Of a stretch of DNA of 64,000 bases, positions 16,156 to 24,451 are shown piece after piece. The DNA is taken from contig CANQNC010000004.1 of NCBI GenBank assembly GCA_947625145.1, positions 11,107 through 75,106 of the forward strand. Direction: 5' to 3'. The notes beneath the pieces are model-generated. The model was not told the origin of the DNA. It worked only from the letters and a program-made list of their open reading frames with translations, and ran no database searches. A program made the position numbers and the translations under genes. Position 1 is the first letter of the stretch; each line of letters opens with the position of its first letter. This DNA is from an uncultured Clostridia bacterium (GTDB taxonomy: Bacteria > Bacillota > Clostridia > Christensenellales > CAG-917).

Positions 16156-16190
16156 AAACGGTCTCCTATTTCGGGAGACCGTTTACTTGT
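16156..16190 (+). terminator. intrinsic terminator of the GGGtGRT operon
   Basis: AAACGGTCTCC-TATTTC-GGGAGACCGTTT followed by a T-rich tail. Confidence 0.65.
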
Positions 16191-16422
16191 TCACCAAAAT
16201 GTATAAAAAATGTATAAAATGTTTACCATTTGTTTACCGTTGTTTTGGCGATGGGTGTGATAGGTATGTAGTACAATCCGATGGTTTATGCATAAAATCG
16301 CGGATTTAAGGCGTTGAAAAACGCCAAAAAATTTTTCAATAAAACTTCCCTTTTATCTAAATTCAAAAAACAAGGCGACCGCGGATTTTGCTCCGTCAGT
16401 CGCCTTTATTTTATACTACCCT

Positions 16423-16452
16423 CAAAAAATTCGCCCTTGCTTTCACAAGGGC
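16423..16452 (-). terminator. intrinsic terminator downstream of abiEii
   Basis: On the minus strand: GCCCTTG-TGAAAGC-CAAGGGC followed by GAATTTTTT. A second hairpin AAGGCGAC...GTCGCCTT + GTTTTTTG lies about 40 nt further on. Confidence 0.6.
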
Positions 16453-16503
16453 TTTCGTTCGGGATATCTTGTCATGCGCTTCCCTGCGCCTTGGCTTCGT
16501 GCG

Positions 16504-17421
16504 CTAATCAAACAATTTGCTTTGAATGATTGCATCCAAACCGCTTATTACTTGTTCATAAGGGGCTTCCTCATACAGCATTTTGGTCGTGACATCCTCA
16601 TAATCTTCTTTATAGATCCCCGACTCAACTATGTCTTGCAACATAGCGCTGATATTTATGCCGTCCTGCGCCGAAAAACATCTCTTGCGTTTTTTTCTAT
16701 CCTCGCGGACTTCTCGCACAAGAACTTTCAAACTATCCTCTATCTTGACGTGTTCGAGAAGATTATAAATATCATAAATATGTCTTGAATTGCGAGATGT
16801 GGCGCCGGAAATTTTATAATCGCATAAGGCAAACACTTTGTCGATCAAAGTCCTCTCCATTGTTTGCACGCGTATTTCAAAAGGACGCAGATCTTCATAC
16901 TGCTCTGTTGCGTTTCTATCTATGGAAGAAAGGAAATCGTACAAAATTGAACAGGCTGTTTTCTGCTCATATGGATATACCTTTTCCATAAAAATGGTTT
17001 CGGCATTGATATTGGGCTTTATCCCCGCCGAATAATACTTTTTGGGATACTCGATCTCATAATTGTTGTAATCCAAGCCATACATGATTTTGTCGAGATT
17101 CGCTATGCTTAAATCCAATGTGTCGCAAGTCTCGACAACTGCTTTATACACTTCTTTTCTTGCGCTCTTGGGGAAAGTGTCCCCGCTTATTGTGAGATCT
17201 ATATCCTCTGAAAATCTTTTGATCACCTTATAGCATTTGGCCAGTGAAGTGCCCCCTTTGAACAACAAATTAGGCAGTTTTGTCGTAAGCTCACGCAAAA
17301 ACAATGTCACATAATAATCCTTTTCGATCAAAGCTTCATTGATTTTGAGATTGTCGGCGGCAATCAAAATATAGCGATCGAACAGTTCTTTATCATCACT
17401 TAAGTTCATAAATTGCTCCAC
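16504..17421 (-). CDS. abiEii: AbiEii/AbiGii-family nucleotidyltransferase toxin (type IV TA / abortive infection)
   Basis: 305-aa ORF with the family motif FKGGTSLAKCYKVIKRFSEDIDLT. It overlaps the abiEi 3' end. The region is AT-rich. Confidence 0.85.
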   Translation of the reverse strand: MEQFMNLSDDKELFDRYILIAADNLKINEALIEKDYYVTLFLRELTTKLPNLLFKGGTSLAKCYKVIKRFSEDIDLTISGDTFPKSARKEVYKAVVETCDTLDLSIANLDKIMYGLDYNNYEIEYPKKYYSAGIKPNINAETIFMEKVYPYEQKTACSILYDFLSSIDRNATEQYEDLRPFEIRVQTMERTLIDKVFALCDYKISGATSRNSRHIYDIYNLLEHVKIEDSLKVLVREVREDRKKRKRCFSAQDGINISAMLQDIVESGIYKEDYEDVTTKMLYEEAPYEQVISGLDAIIQSKLFD

Positions 17422-18016
17422 TTATAGTCATTTTATTCAAGGCCTTTGCGGGAAACGCAGTGGCAATGCCAAACACTTGCTCCTTGGTGATATTTTTATC
17501 GCGTATAAATTGCCGCACTTTTTCTCGGACTGTTTCCGTGTATTCTCTTATTTCTATCCCGCGGAACAACTCCAGCAAAGTGTATGCGTCTACATTTAAT
17601 GCAGTTATAGGCACAAACGACCTGCGCAAAATCACTTTTCTGCCACGCATCTCTATGTTGCGAAGTTCATTGGACGCATTGTTCGTTATGATTTCGACAG
17701 TGTTTGGCACTTGCGTGCTTAAAGCAAAGTTCAGTTCTATGGTCCCCTTCCCGTAAATGCCAAAAATGTCCTTCCCGTTCGTCATATATTTTTTGGAAAC
17801 GACCGCATTAAAAGAAGGCACGGAAACTCCGAAAGGGGTTTTTACGGGCATATAGTATATCCCCCGATCATAACGAACAAGTTGTTCCTTCTTCTCGGCG
17901 TCCTCAATCAGTTGATATATTCTCGGACGCGAAAAGTTGTTCATTACTTCAAAGATTTCGCTGAGGAATATCGGTTCGTCCGTACTATATTTGGTTTTTA
18001 ACCTTTCAATAAGCAT
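17396..18016 (-). CDS. abiEi: AbiEi-family antitoxin / transcriptional regulator
   Basis: N-terminal wHTH-like region FLSEIFEVMNNFSRPRIYQLIEDAEKKEQLVRYDRGIYYMP. ATG 18016 follows AAAGAGGAA (the track start at 18037 is a TTG). Confidence 0.8.
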   Translation of the reverse strand: MLIERLKTKYSTDEPIFLSEIFEVMNNFSRPRIYQLIEDAEKKEQLVRYDRGIYYMPVKTPFGVSVPSFNAVVSKKYMTNGKDIFGIYGKGTIELNFALSTQVPNTVEIITNNASNELRNIEMRGRKVILRRSFVPITALNVDAYTLLELFRGIEIREYTETVREKVRQFIRDKNITKEQVFGIATAFPAKALNKMTISGAIYELK

Positions 18017-18030
18017 ATGTTCCTCTTTAT

Positions 18031-18103
18031 TAGACAATTTTATAGAAACAATATTCTAGATTGTCTACAACATTATTTTATCCACTTTTTTCGGTTTTGT
18101 CAA
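18031..18103 (-). promoter_or_regulatory. abiE promoter plus candidate AbiEi operator
   Basis: On the minus strand: TTGACA (18103-18098), 17-nt spacer, TAAAAT (18080-18075). Downstream is the inverted repeat TAGACAAT (18031-18038) / ATTGTCTA (18060-18067). Confidence 0.5.
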
Positions 18104-18245
18104 CAAATATTGTAACAAAAATACCGCATCGTGAAGATACGGTATGTCATTTAAGTCCTATAACTTTTTCAAAATATCACTTACCGAACCATATCGCACC
18201 CGCGTTGTTCTGCAGTTGGTCCGGCAGGGAAGGTTTACACCGCCA

Positions 18246-18274
18246 TATCAAAAAGCGCCCGCGTTGGGCGCTTT
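18246..18274 (-). terminator. dnaB terminator
   Basis: On the minus strand: AGCGCCC-AACGC-GGGCGCT followed by TTTTGATAT. Confidence 0.6.
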
Positions 18275-18324
18275 GGTATTGTGGGTTTGGAATTTTGGGT
18301 TTGGGTTGGGGTGACGGGAGTTTG

Positions 18325-20169
18325 TCAATCCTCGTAGTCGCCGGGATAGCCGTTGGGGCCGAAGAGTTCATCGGGGTCGCCGCTGTAGGCGCTGTCGTCG
18401 TAATCAGGCTCGTCGGGCTCGCCGCTGTAGGCACTGTCGTCATAGTCCTGCGGGTTGGGATCGTCCTGCGCTCCGACGGCAAAGTGGAGCGCCTCGTCGA
18501 CGGGCGCCATGTCCGCCATTGCTTCCTCAAGACTCATGGGAGGTTTTTGGCCGCCTGCGGTCTGCGCAAAATCGTGTTCTGCGTAGGTCGATTGATCGAC
18601 GTCGCTTGACTGCGGAGCGTCGTTTGTGGTTTGATCCGAGTCGCTTGCTGCCTCTTGATACGCGCTGTCTGCGGGAGTCGGAGGTTGCTCGGCTTCCGCG
18701 ATCGGCTTCACTTTCGGAGCCTTCGGTTTGGGGCTCTCCTGCTCGGCGTGTTCACGCTTTGCCTGCTCGATCTTTGCTGCCGCCTCGTCGTCCTCCATCT
18801 CTTTGAACGTGGTCGTCTCCCCCGTCCACTGTAGGGTGATCTCGTCAAGAGGGCCGTTTCTGTTCTTGCTGATGCACAACAGCACCTGATCGGGCGGGAG
18901 CGCCGCGTTGTATTTTGAAGGATTGTGCAAAAACGCCACCACGTCCGCGTCCTGTTCGATTGCGCCCGACTCGCGCAGATCTGACAGCATAGGCTTGCCC
19001 TGCCTCTGTTCCACGCTTCTGGACATCTGCGACAGGAGCACGATGGGACAGCCGAGTTCCTTGGCGTAGACCTTCATCATACGCGACATATCGCTGACCT
19101 CGACCTGTCTGCTTTCAAAGCCGCGACTTGACGAGGCGTTGCCCTTCATAAGTTGCAGATAGTCCACGACGATAAGGTCCAAGCCCTGCTCTCTTTTGAG
19201 TCTGCGGCACTTGGACAAGATGTCGTTGGGGCTGTTGAGGGAATAGTCGTCTATGAATATCTTTGCCGCGGACAGGCGTTTGTACGCGCTCATGAGCCTT
19301 GCGCCCGACTCGCCCGAAGAAAGGCCGCCCACTCTGTCCATGGCGTTGAAGGATACGCCGCTTTCGTACGCAAGCATTCTTTTTGCAAGAAGGGGCGCGT
19401 CCATTTCAAGCGAGAAGATGGCGACGCTCTTGCCGTCCTTTTGCGCGTCCGCTCTTTGCTTTCTGCCGTCGTGGCCGAGCGCGACGTTGACGGCTATGTT
19501 CAGCGCGAAGGCTGTCTTGCCCACAGAAGGCCTTGCCGCGATCAAGATCAGCTCGCCGGGTTTCAAACCCTTTGTCGCTCTGTCCAGCTTTGGGAAGCCC
19601 GAATAGACAAATCTGTCCGTGTTTGCGCCCACCTGCGCCTCTTGAATGTCGTTCATTGCCGCGGCGAAAGCGACGTCCGCTTTGACGAGTTCTCTGTCGC
19701 TCTCCTCCTCCGCTATGCCGTACACAAGGCGTTCCGCCTCGCTAAGCGCCTTTTCGCCGTCCTCGGCTTCGTAGCCGTTTTGCACGATCTGATTGCCCGC
19801 GTGTATGACCTTGCGCGTCAGGCTGTCCCGACGGATGATCTCCGCATAATGCGCCGCGTTTGCCGAGGATATGACGCTCTCGGCAAGCTCGCTGAGATAG
19901 GCGATCGAGCCCACCTCGTCAAGTTTGCCCGCAAGCTCCAACGCGTCCGCGACTGTAACCACGTCTATGGGGACGCTTCGCAGTTGAAGCCCTGCCATCT
20001 CCTTGAAAATGAGACGATGTTTGTCAATGAAAAAGTCGCCTTCCTTGAGTTTTGGAAGGACTTCGTTTGCCGCAACGTCGTCAATAAGCGCCGATCCCAA
20101 AACCGCCGCTTCCGCCTCCGCACTGTACGGCATGCCGCGCGATATCTTGTTTGTCTCTTTTTTTGCCAT
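18325..20169 (-). CDS. dnaB: replicative DNA helicase DnaB with a C-terminal acidic low-complexity tail of about 155 aa
   Basis: N-terminal signature PYSAEAEAAVLGSALID, Walker A ARPSVGKTAFALN, and core SLEM...VVDYLQLM...SQMSR. The tail is 18328-18792. Confidence 0.92.
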   Translation of the reverse strand: MAKKETNKISRGMPYSAEAEAAVLGSALIDDVAANEVLPKLKEGDFFIDKHRLIFKEMAGLQLRSVPIDVVTVADALELAGKLDEVGSIAYLSELAESVISSANAAHYAEIIRRDSLTRKVIHAGNQIVQNGYEAEDGEKALSEAERLVYGIAEEESDRELVKADVAFAAAMNDIQEAQVGANTDRFVYSGFPKLDRATKGLKPGELILIAARPSVGKTAFALNIAVNVALGHDGRKQRADAQKDGKSVAIFSLEMDAPLLAKRMLAYESGVSFNAMDRVGGLSSGESGARLMSAYKRLSAAKIFIDDYSLNSPNDILSKCRRLKREQGLDLIVVDYLQLMKGNASSSRGFESRQVEVSDMSRMMKVYAKELGCPIVLLSQMSRSVEQRQGKPMLSDLRESGAIEQDADVVAFLHNPSKYNAALPPDQVLLCISKNRNGPLDEITLQWTGETTTFKEMEDDEAAAKIEQAKREHAEQESPKPKAPKVKPIAEAEQPPTPADSAYQEAASDSDQTTNDAPQSSDVDQSTYAEHDFAQTAGGQKPPMSLEEAMADMAPVDEALHFAVGAQDDPNPQDYDDSAYSGEPDEPDYDDSAYSGDPDELFGPNGYPGDYED

Positions 20170-20218
20170 CTGTTTCCGCCCCGTGTTTGTCTTTGTTCAA
20201 ATGTTTTGTCGAGCGCGT

Positions 20219-21043
20219 TCAAACGCTTTCGCCCTCGTTCCGCTCATCCGTTACGCCGCCGTCCGCGACGATATCCTTTTCCTTGTCCTCTTTGCCGTCC
20301 GACGAAGTAGGTTCGTCCTCTTTGCCTTCGACCGAAACAGTCTCGCTCTCTTTGTCGTCCGCAGAAAGGTCCTCGCCGTCCTTTGCTTCATCTTCGGCGT
20401 CCTCGTCGTCCTGAAGCACAAGGGTCCCGTCCTTCTTCCTCCGCTTGATCAAAACCGCAAACGTCACGGTAAGCGCGACGGCAAGCGCGACTCCGCCCGC
20501 GGCGAGCGCGCCGTACCATGCGGCGGAGTTGGGCGATTTGCGGGTCAGCCCGACTTGAAACTCGCTGTCCCCCTCGTCTAGGGGAAAACTGTGCAGATGA
20601 TATCTGCCGCTCACCTGAATTTGGCCGTCCGACTTGACTGATTTATAGATTGTATCATATCTGAAAACAACCTTCAAGCGGTTGTATTCAATTCCGTTGT
20701 ACGACCAATCCTCTTGCGACATGGCTCCGCGCACGGCACTATATATAGTGTCGGGGTGCAAAACTATGGTCGTGCGGCTTGAATAATAAAACGCGCCTTG
20801 GGGCTTCGTGTCCGACAACATTGTCGCGAAGCAATCCAGCTCTTCCCCGCCCGAAATCGAGACGACAGCATTGACAACGCCGTCCTCGCCGTATGAAAAT
20901 CCCAAAAGATAAAGTCTGCGCTCCGCGCTCGATCCCTCTTGCTCCGTGGCGTTGCACGCGCAAAAAGAGATCAAGCACAAAAGCGCCGCGATCACGACAA
21001 AAACCGACTTTATGACTCTATTTTTGCAGGATAAAGCGCGCAT
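20219..21043 (-). CDS. hypothetical secreted/membrane-anchored protein with an acidic C-terminal tail
   Basis: ATG 21043 follows AAGGAGA. It has a signal-like N-terminus VFVVIAALLCLISFCACN, a C-terminal TM AAWYGALAAGGVALAVALTVTFAVLI + KRRKK, and a D/E-rich tail. Confidence 0.6.
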   Translation of the reverse strand: MRALSCKNRVIKSVFVVIAALLCLISFCACNATEQEGSSAERRLYLLGFSYGEDGVVNAVVSISGGEELDCFATMLSDTKPQGAFYYSSRTTIVLHPDTIYSAVRGAMSQEDWSYNGIEYNRLKVVFRYDTIYKSVKSDGQIQVSGRYHLHSFPLDEGDSEFQVGLTRKSPNSAAWYGALAAGGVALAVALTVTFAVLIKRRKKDGTLVLQDDEDAEDEAKDGEDLSADDKESETVSVEGKEDEPTSSDGKEDKEKDIVADGGVTDERNEGESV

Positions 21044-21068
21044 TCTGTCTCCTTGCAAGCGTAGCGCC

Positions 21069-22853
21069 TTACTTTTCGTACGTCCGCTCGAGCTCGTTTA
21101 AGGTTTCGGCGAACTCCTTCATGGCAAGCCTGTAGGGCGCGTCGGATTCGAGGTCTACGTCCGCAAGACGAATGATGTCGAGAGGAGGCATACTGCCGCC
21201 TGCGGACAGGAATTTTTTGTACTTTTCAAAATATGCCGCCCCGCCCTCAAGCAATTTGTTTGCGATCGAGATCGCCGTCGTAAGCCCCGTGGCATACTTG
21301 TAGACATAAAAACTTGTGAAGAAGTGCGGTATGCGCGCCCACTCGTAGCGAATGAGATCGTTGTGTTTCACAGACCGCCCGTAATACTTTTTGTTGAGCG
21401 CGTAGTACATATCGCCGAGGACCTCCGCGGTGATCGGCTCTCCCTTTTCCACCTTCTCGTGCGCGAACGCCTCGAACTCGCTGAACATGGTCTGCCTGAA
21501 CAGCGTGGTGCGGAACATGTCGAGATAGTAGGCAAGCAGATATTTGCGCATGTCGCCCTCCGCGGTTTTGAGCAGATATTTGAGCAAGAGCACCTCGTTG
21601 ACAGTAGAGGCTATCTCGGCGCAGAATATCTCGTACCCCGCCTTTTGCATAGGCTGATTTGCGTTGGAATAATAGCTGTGCATGGCATGTCCAAGCTCGT
21701 GCGCGATCGTAAACACGTCGTGCACGGTCTTTTGATAGTTCAACAGCACAAAGGGATGCACTCCGTATACGCCCCAGCTGTATGCGCCGCTGCGTTTGCC
21801 CTTGTTTTCGAAGGCGTCCACCCAGCCGTCCTCGAAGGCAGAGGCGAGCACTGTGGAATACTCCTCTCCCATGACGGCGAGCGCGTCCTTGACAAGCTGA
21901 ACGGCGTCCTCGTATTCGAGCGCCAACTCCTGCTGTGGGACCAGAGGCATATAGAGGTCGTACATATTGAGCGTGCGAAGCCCGAGGACCTTTTTCCTGA
22001 GCGCGATATATCTGTGCAAAGGCTTCGTGCCCTCGCCCACCGCTTTTAAGAGCTTTTTGTAGCACGTCGCGGGGACGTTTTCGTTGTACATGGAAAATTC
22101 GAGCGAGCTGTCAAAGCCGCGGATCTTGGCAAAGACCCAATCCTTTTTCACGTTGCCCGCGTAGTTTGCCGCAAGCGTGTTGATGTGCGCCTTGTATGCG
22201 CCGAACATGCTTTCAAACGCACGCGCTCTCACTTTTTGCGACGGGCTTTGCAACAGCACGCCGTAGACGCCGTGACTCATTTCCACAACGTTGCCGTTTT
22301 CGTCCTTGACGGGCTTGAAAGCCACGTCCGCGTTGTCGAACATGTTGAACACCTCGCTGTTTGTTTCCGCAAACAGTCCTATCTCGCCCAGCAATTTTTC
22401 CTCCGCTTTTGACAAGATGATATGTTTGTTTCGCAAGATCTCCTTGAAAAACACGTCGTAATCCGCAAATCTCGGGGACGCGACAAGCTCGTTCAGCCTC
22501 TCCTCCGAAAACTCGGATATCTCGGGCTGAATGAACGAGGTCGCGGAGGAATAGCGCACAATGAGCGTCTCCGCCCTGTTGGTCATGCCCTGATAGTCAT
22601 TGTTGCGCGCGTCCTCGTCGTGATGCATGCGCGCGTATTGATAAAGCGCCTCTATGTCGTGCGAAACGCGCGTGCTGAGTTCGAGGCACTCGAACAGCGC
22701 GTCCTCGTCGCAAAGCCTGTCCGCATAGTCCGCGAAGCGTCCGAGCGCTTCCGAAACCGAGCCGAAGCACTCTTCCCACGCCTCGGCGCTTGCGAAGATG
22801 TCCGAGAGGCGCCACTGATATTTTTTGTCCACCTTATCCCTTTCGAAAATCAT
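21069..22853 (-). CDS. pepF: oligoendopeptidase F (M3B)
   Basis: 594-aa ORF with the zinc motif HELGHAMH and a PepF-like N-terminus KYQWRLSDIF. Confidence 0.9.
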   Translation of the reverse strand: MIFERDKVDKKYQWRLSDIFASAEAWEECFGSVSEALGRFADYADRLCDEDALFECLELSTRVSHDIEALYQYARMHHDEDARNNDYQGMTNRAETLIVRYSSATSFIQPEISEFSEERLNELVASPRFADYDVFFKEILRNKHIILSKAEEKLLGEIGLFAETNSEVFNMFDNADVAFKPVKDENGNVVEMSHGVYGVLLQSPSQKVRARAFESMFGAYKAHINTLAANYAGNVKKDWVFAKIRGFDSSLEFSMYNENVPATCYKKLLKAVGEGTKPLHRYIALRKKVLGLRTLNMYDLYMPLVPQQELALEYEDAVQLVKDALAVMGEEYSTVLASAFEDGWVDAFENKGKRSGAYSWGVYGVHPFVLLNYQKTVHDVFTIAHELGHAMHSYYSNANQPMQKAGYEIFCAEIASTVNEVLLLKYLLKTAEGDMRKYLLAYYLDMFRTTLFRQTMFSEFEAFAHEKVEKGEPITAEVLGDMYYALNKKYYGRSVKHNDLIRYEWARIPHFFTSFYVYKYATGLTTAISIANKLLEGGAAYFEKYKKFLSAGGSMPPLDIIRLADVDLESDAPYRLAMKEFAETLNELERTYEK

Positions 22854-22893
22854 AATATTCTCCTTAAAATGTTGTCTTTTTTTCGTTTTGCGC

Positions 22894-24381
22894 TCAATCC
22901 ATATACAGATTGTCGTTCAAAAATTCCGCGTCGCAGGAGAGGTACACTCCAAGTTTGCGGAGAGGAGTTTCGTCCGCTTTTGAAAGTATATGCGTGGAGT
23001 GAAGCTCGCAACCCACAAGCAACGGAAGCTGTTCTATCGCGCTTGCCGCGCCCGCGTCCGAAGCCGCGCATATGGACAGCGCTATAAGCGCCTCCTCGAG
23101 GGAGAGCGTGTTGTTGTTTTGCTTGAATATCTTTGACTTCAGGTCGAGGATGGGGCCTATCACGTACGGCGATATCAGCTTTTGCCTGTCGTTCATGCCC
23201 GCGAGCGCCTTGACCGAATTGAAAATGCATGCCGCGGCGGCGCTCATACGCTCGCTGTTTTTGCCCGTGACGATCCTGCCGTCGGGAAGTTCAAGCGCGA
23301 TCGCGCCCTTCATGCCGCATTGCTCGTTTTTTTTGCGGGCGGCGGCGACGACCTTCCTGTCCGAGATATTTATCTCCAGCTTGGACATCAAAAATTCAAG
23401 TCTGCTCACCGTTTCGCTCGGCGTAGCGCCCATCTTGCTGTCGCAAAGCGCCTTGAAATATCTGCGCAAGACCTCCTGTTTTGCCGCCTCTTGGCACGCC
23501 TCGTCATCCACTATGCAATATCCCGCCATGTTCACGCCCATGTCCGTCGGGGATTTGTAGACGCACTCCTTGCCCGTGATCTTCGCGAGGATGCTTCTGA
23601 CGACGGGGAAAACCTCTATGTCCCTGTTATAGTTTACAGTAATCTTTCCGTACGCCTCGAGATGAAAATTGTCCACCTTGTTTTCGTCTCGCAGATCCGC
23701 GGTCGCCGCCTCGTACGCCACGTTGACGGGATGATTGAGAGGCAAATTCCAGATGGGGAAGGTCTCGAACTTGGCGTAGCCCGCTTCCACTCCCCTCTTG
23801 TGCTCGTGATATAGCTGACTTAGGCAGGTGGCAAGTTTGCCGCTTCCGGGGCCGGGCGCGGTCATGACCACAAGCGAGCGCGTGGTGGGGATATACGGAT
23901 TTGCGCCGTAGCCCTCGTCGGACACTATGGTGTCTATCTCGTGCGGATATCCCTTTGTGGGCGCGTGCAGATACACTTTCACTCCCCTGTTTTCCAGCTT
24001 GTGCTTGAACTTGACGGCGCCTTGCTGATTTGTGAACATAGTGATGACGACGCAATTGATGAAGATCCCCATGCCCGATATGTTGTCTATCATGCGTTCG
24101 ACTTCGCTGCAATACGTGATGCCGTAGTCGGCGCGGATCTTGTTGGATTCTATCGCCCCCGCGTTCACGCAGATGATCAGTTCCGCCTTGTCCGCAAGTT
24201 TTTGCAGAAGTTTGATCTTGGCGGCCTTGTCGAATCCCGGCAGAACTCTTGCCGCGTGGAGGTCGTCGAACAGCTTCCCGCCGAATTCGAGATACAGCTT
24301 GTCGAAATGGCTGATGCGCTCTAGAATGTGCTCGCTCTGCTTTTGCATGTAAAGCTCGGAATCAAAACCGATTTTGTTCAT
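22894..24381 (-). CDS. DUF1846 / UPF0371-family protein
   Basis: 495-aa ORF starting MNKIGFDSELYMQKQSEHILERISHFDKLYLEFGGKLFDDLHAARVLPGF, which is characteristic of the family. Confidence 0.8.
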   Translation of the reverse strand: MNKIGFDSELYMQKQSEHILERISHFDKLYLEFGGKLFDDLHAARVLPGFDKAAKIKLLQKLADKAELIICVNAGAIESNKIRADYGITYCSEVERMIDNISGMGIFINCVVITMFTNQQGAVKFKHKLENRGVKVYLHAPTKGYPHEIDTIVSDEGYGANPYIPTTRSLVVMTAPGPGSGKLATCLSQLYHEHKRGVEAGYAKFETFPIWNLPLNHPVNVAYEAATADLRDENKVDNFHLEAYGKITVNYNRDIEVFPVVRSILAKITGKECVYKSPTDMGVNMAGYCIVDDEACQEAAKQEVLRRYFKALCDSKMGATPSETVSRLEFLMSKLEINISDRKVVAAARKKNEQCGMKGAIALELPDGRIVTGKNSERMSAAAACIFNSVKALAGMNDRQKLISPYVIGPILDLKSKIFKQNNNTLSLEEALIALSICAASDAGAASAIEQLPLLVGCELHSTHILSKADETPLRKLGVYLSCDAEFLNDNLYMD

Positions 24382-24451
24382 TTTCTTATCCCCGTTTTTT
24401 TAGATTTGCTGTTTTATTGCGTCGTTTTGAGCGTCTGAACCCCGCGTTTTG

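Noticed and set aside
16314-16529. 71-aa plus-strand ORF at the left edge of the AbiE islet
   Set aside because: It runs through two terminator hairpins, has no RBS, and overlaps the abiEii 3' end in antisense.
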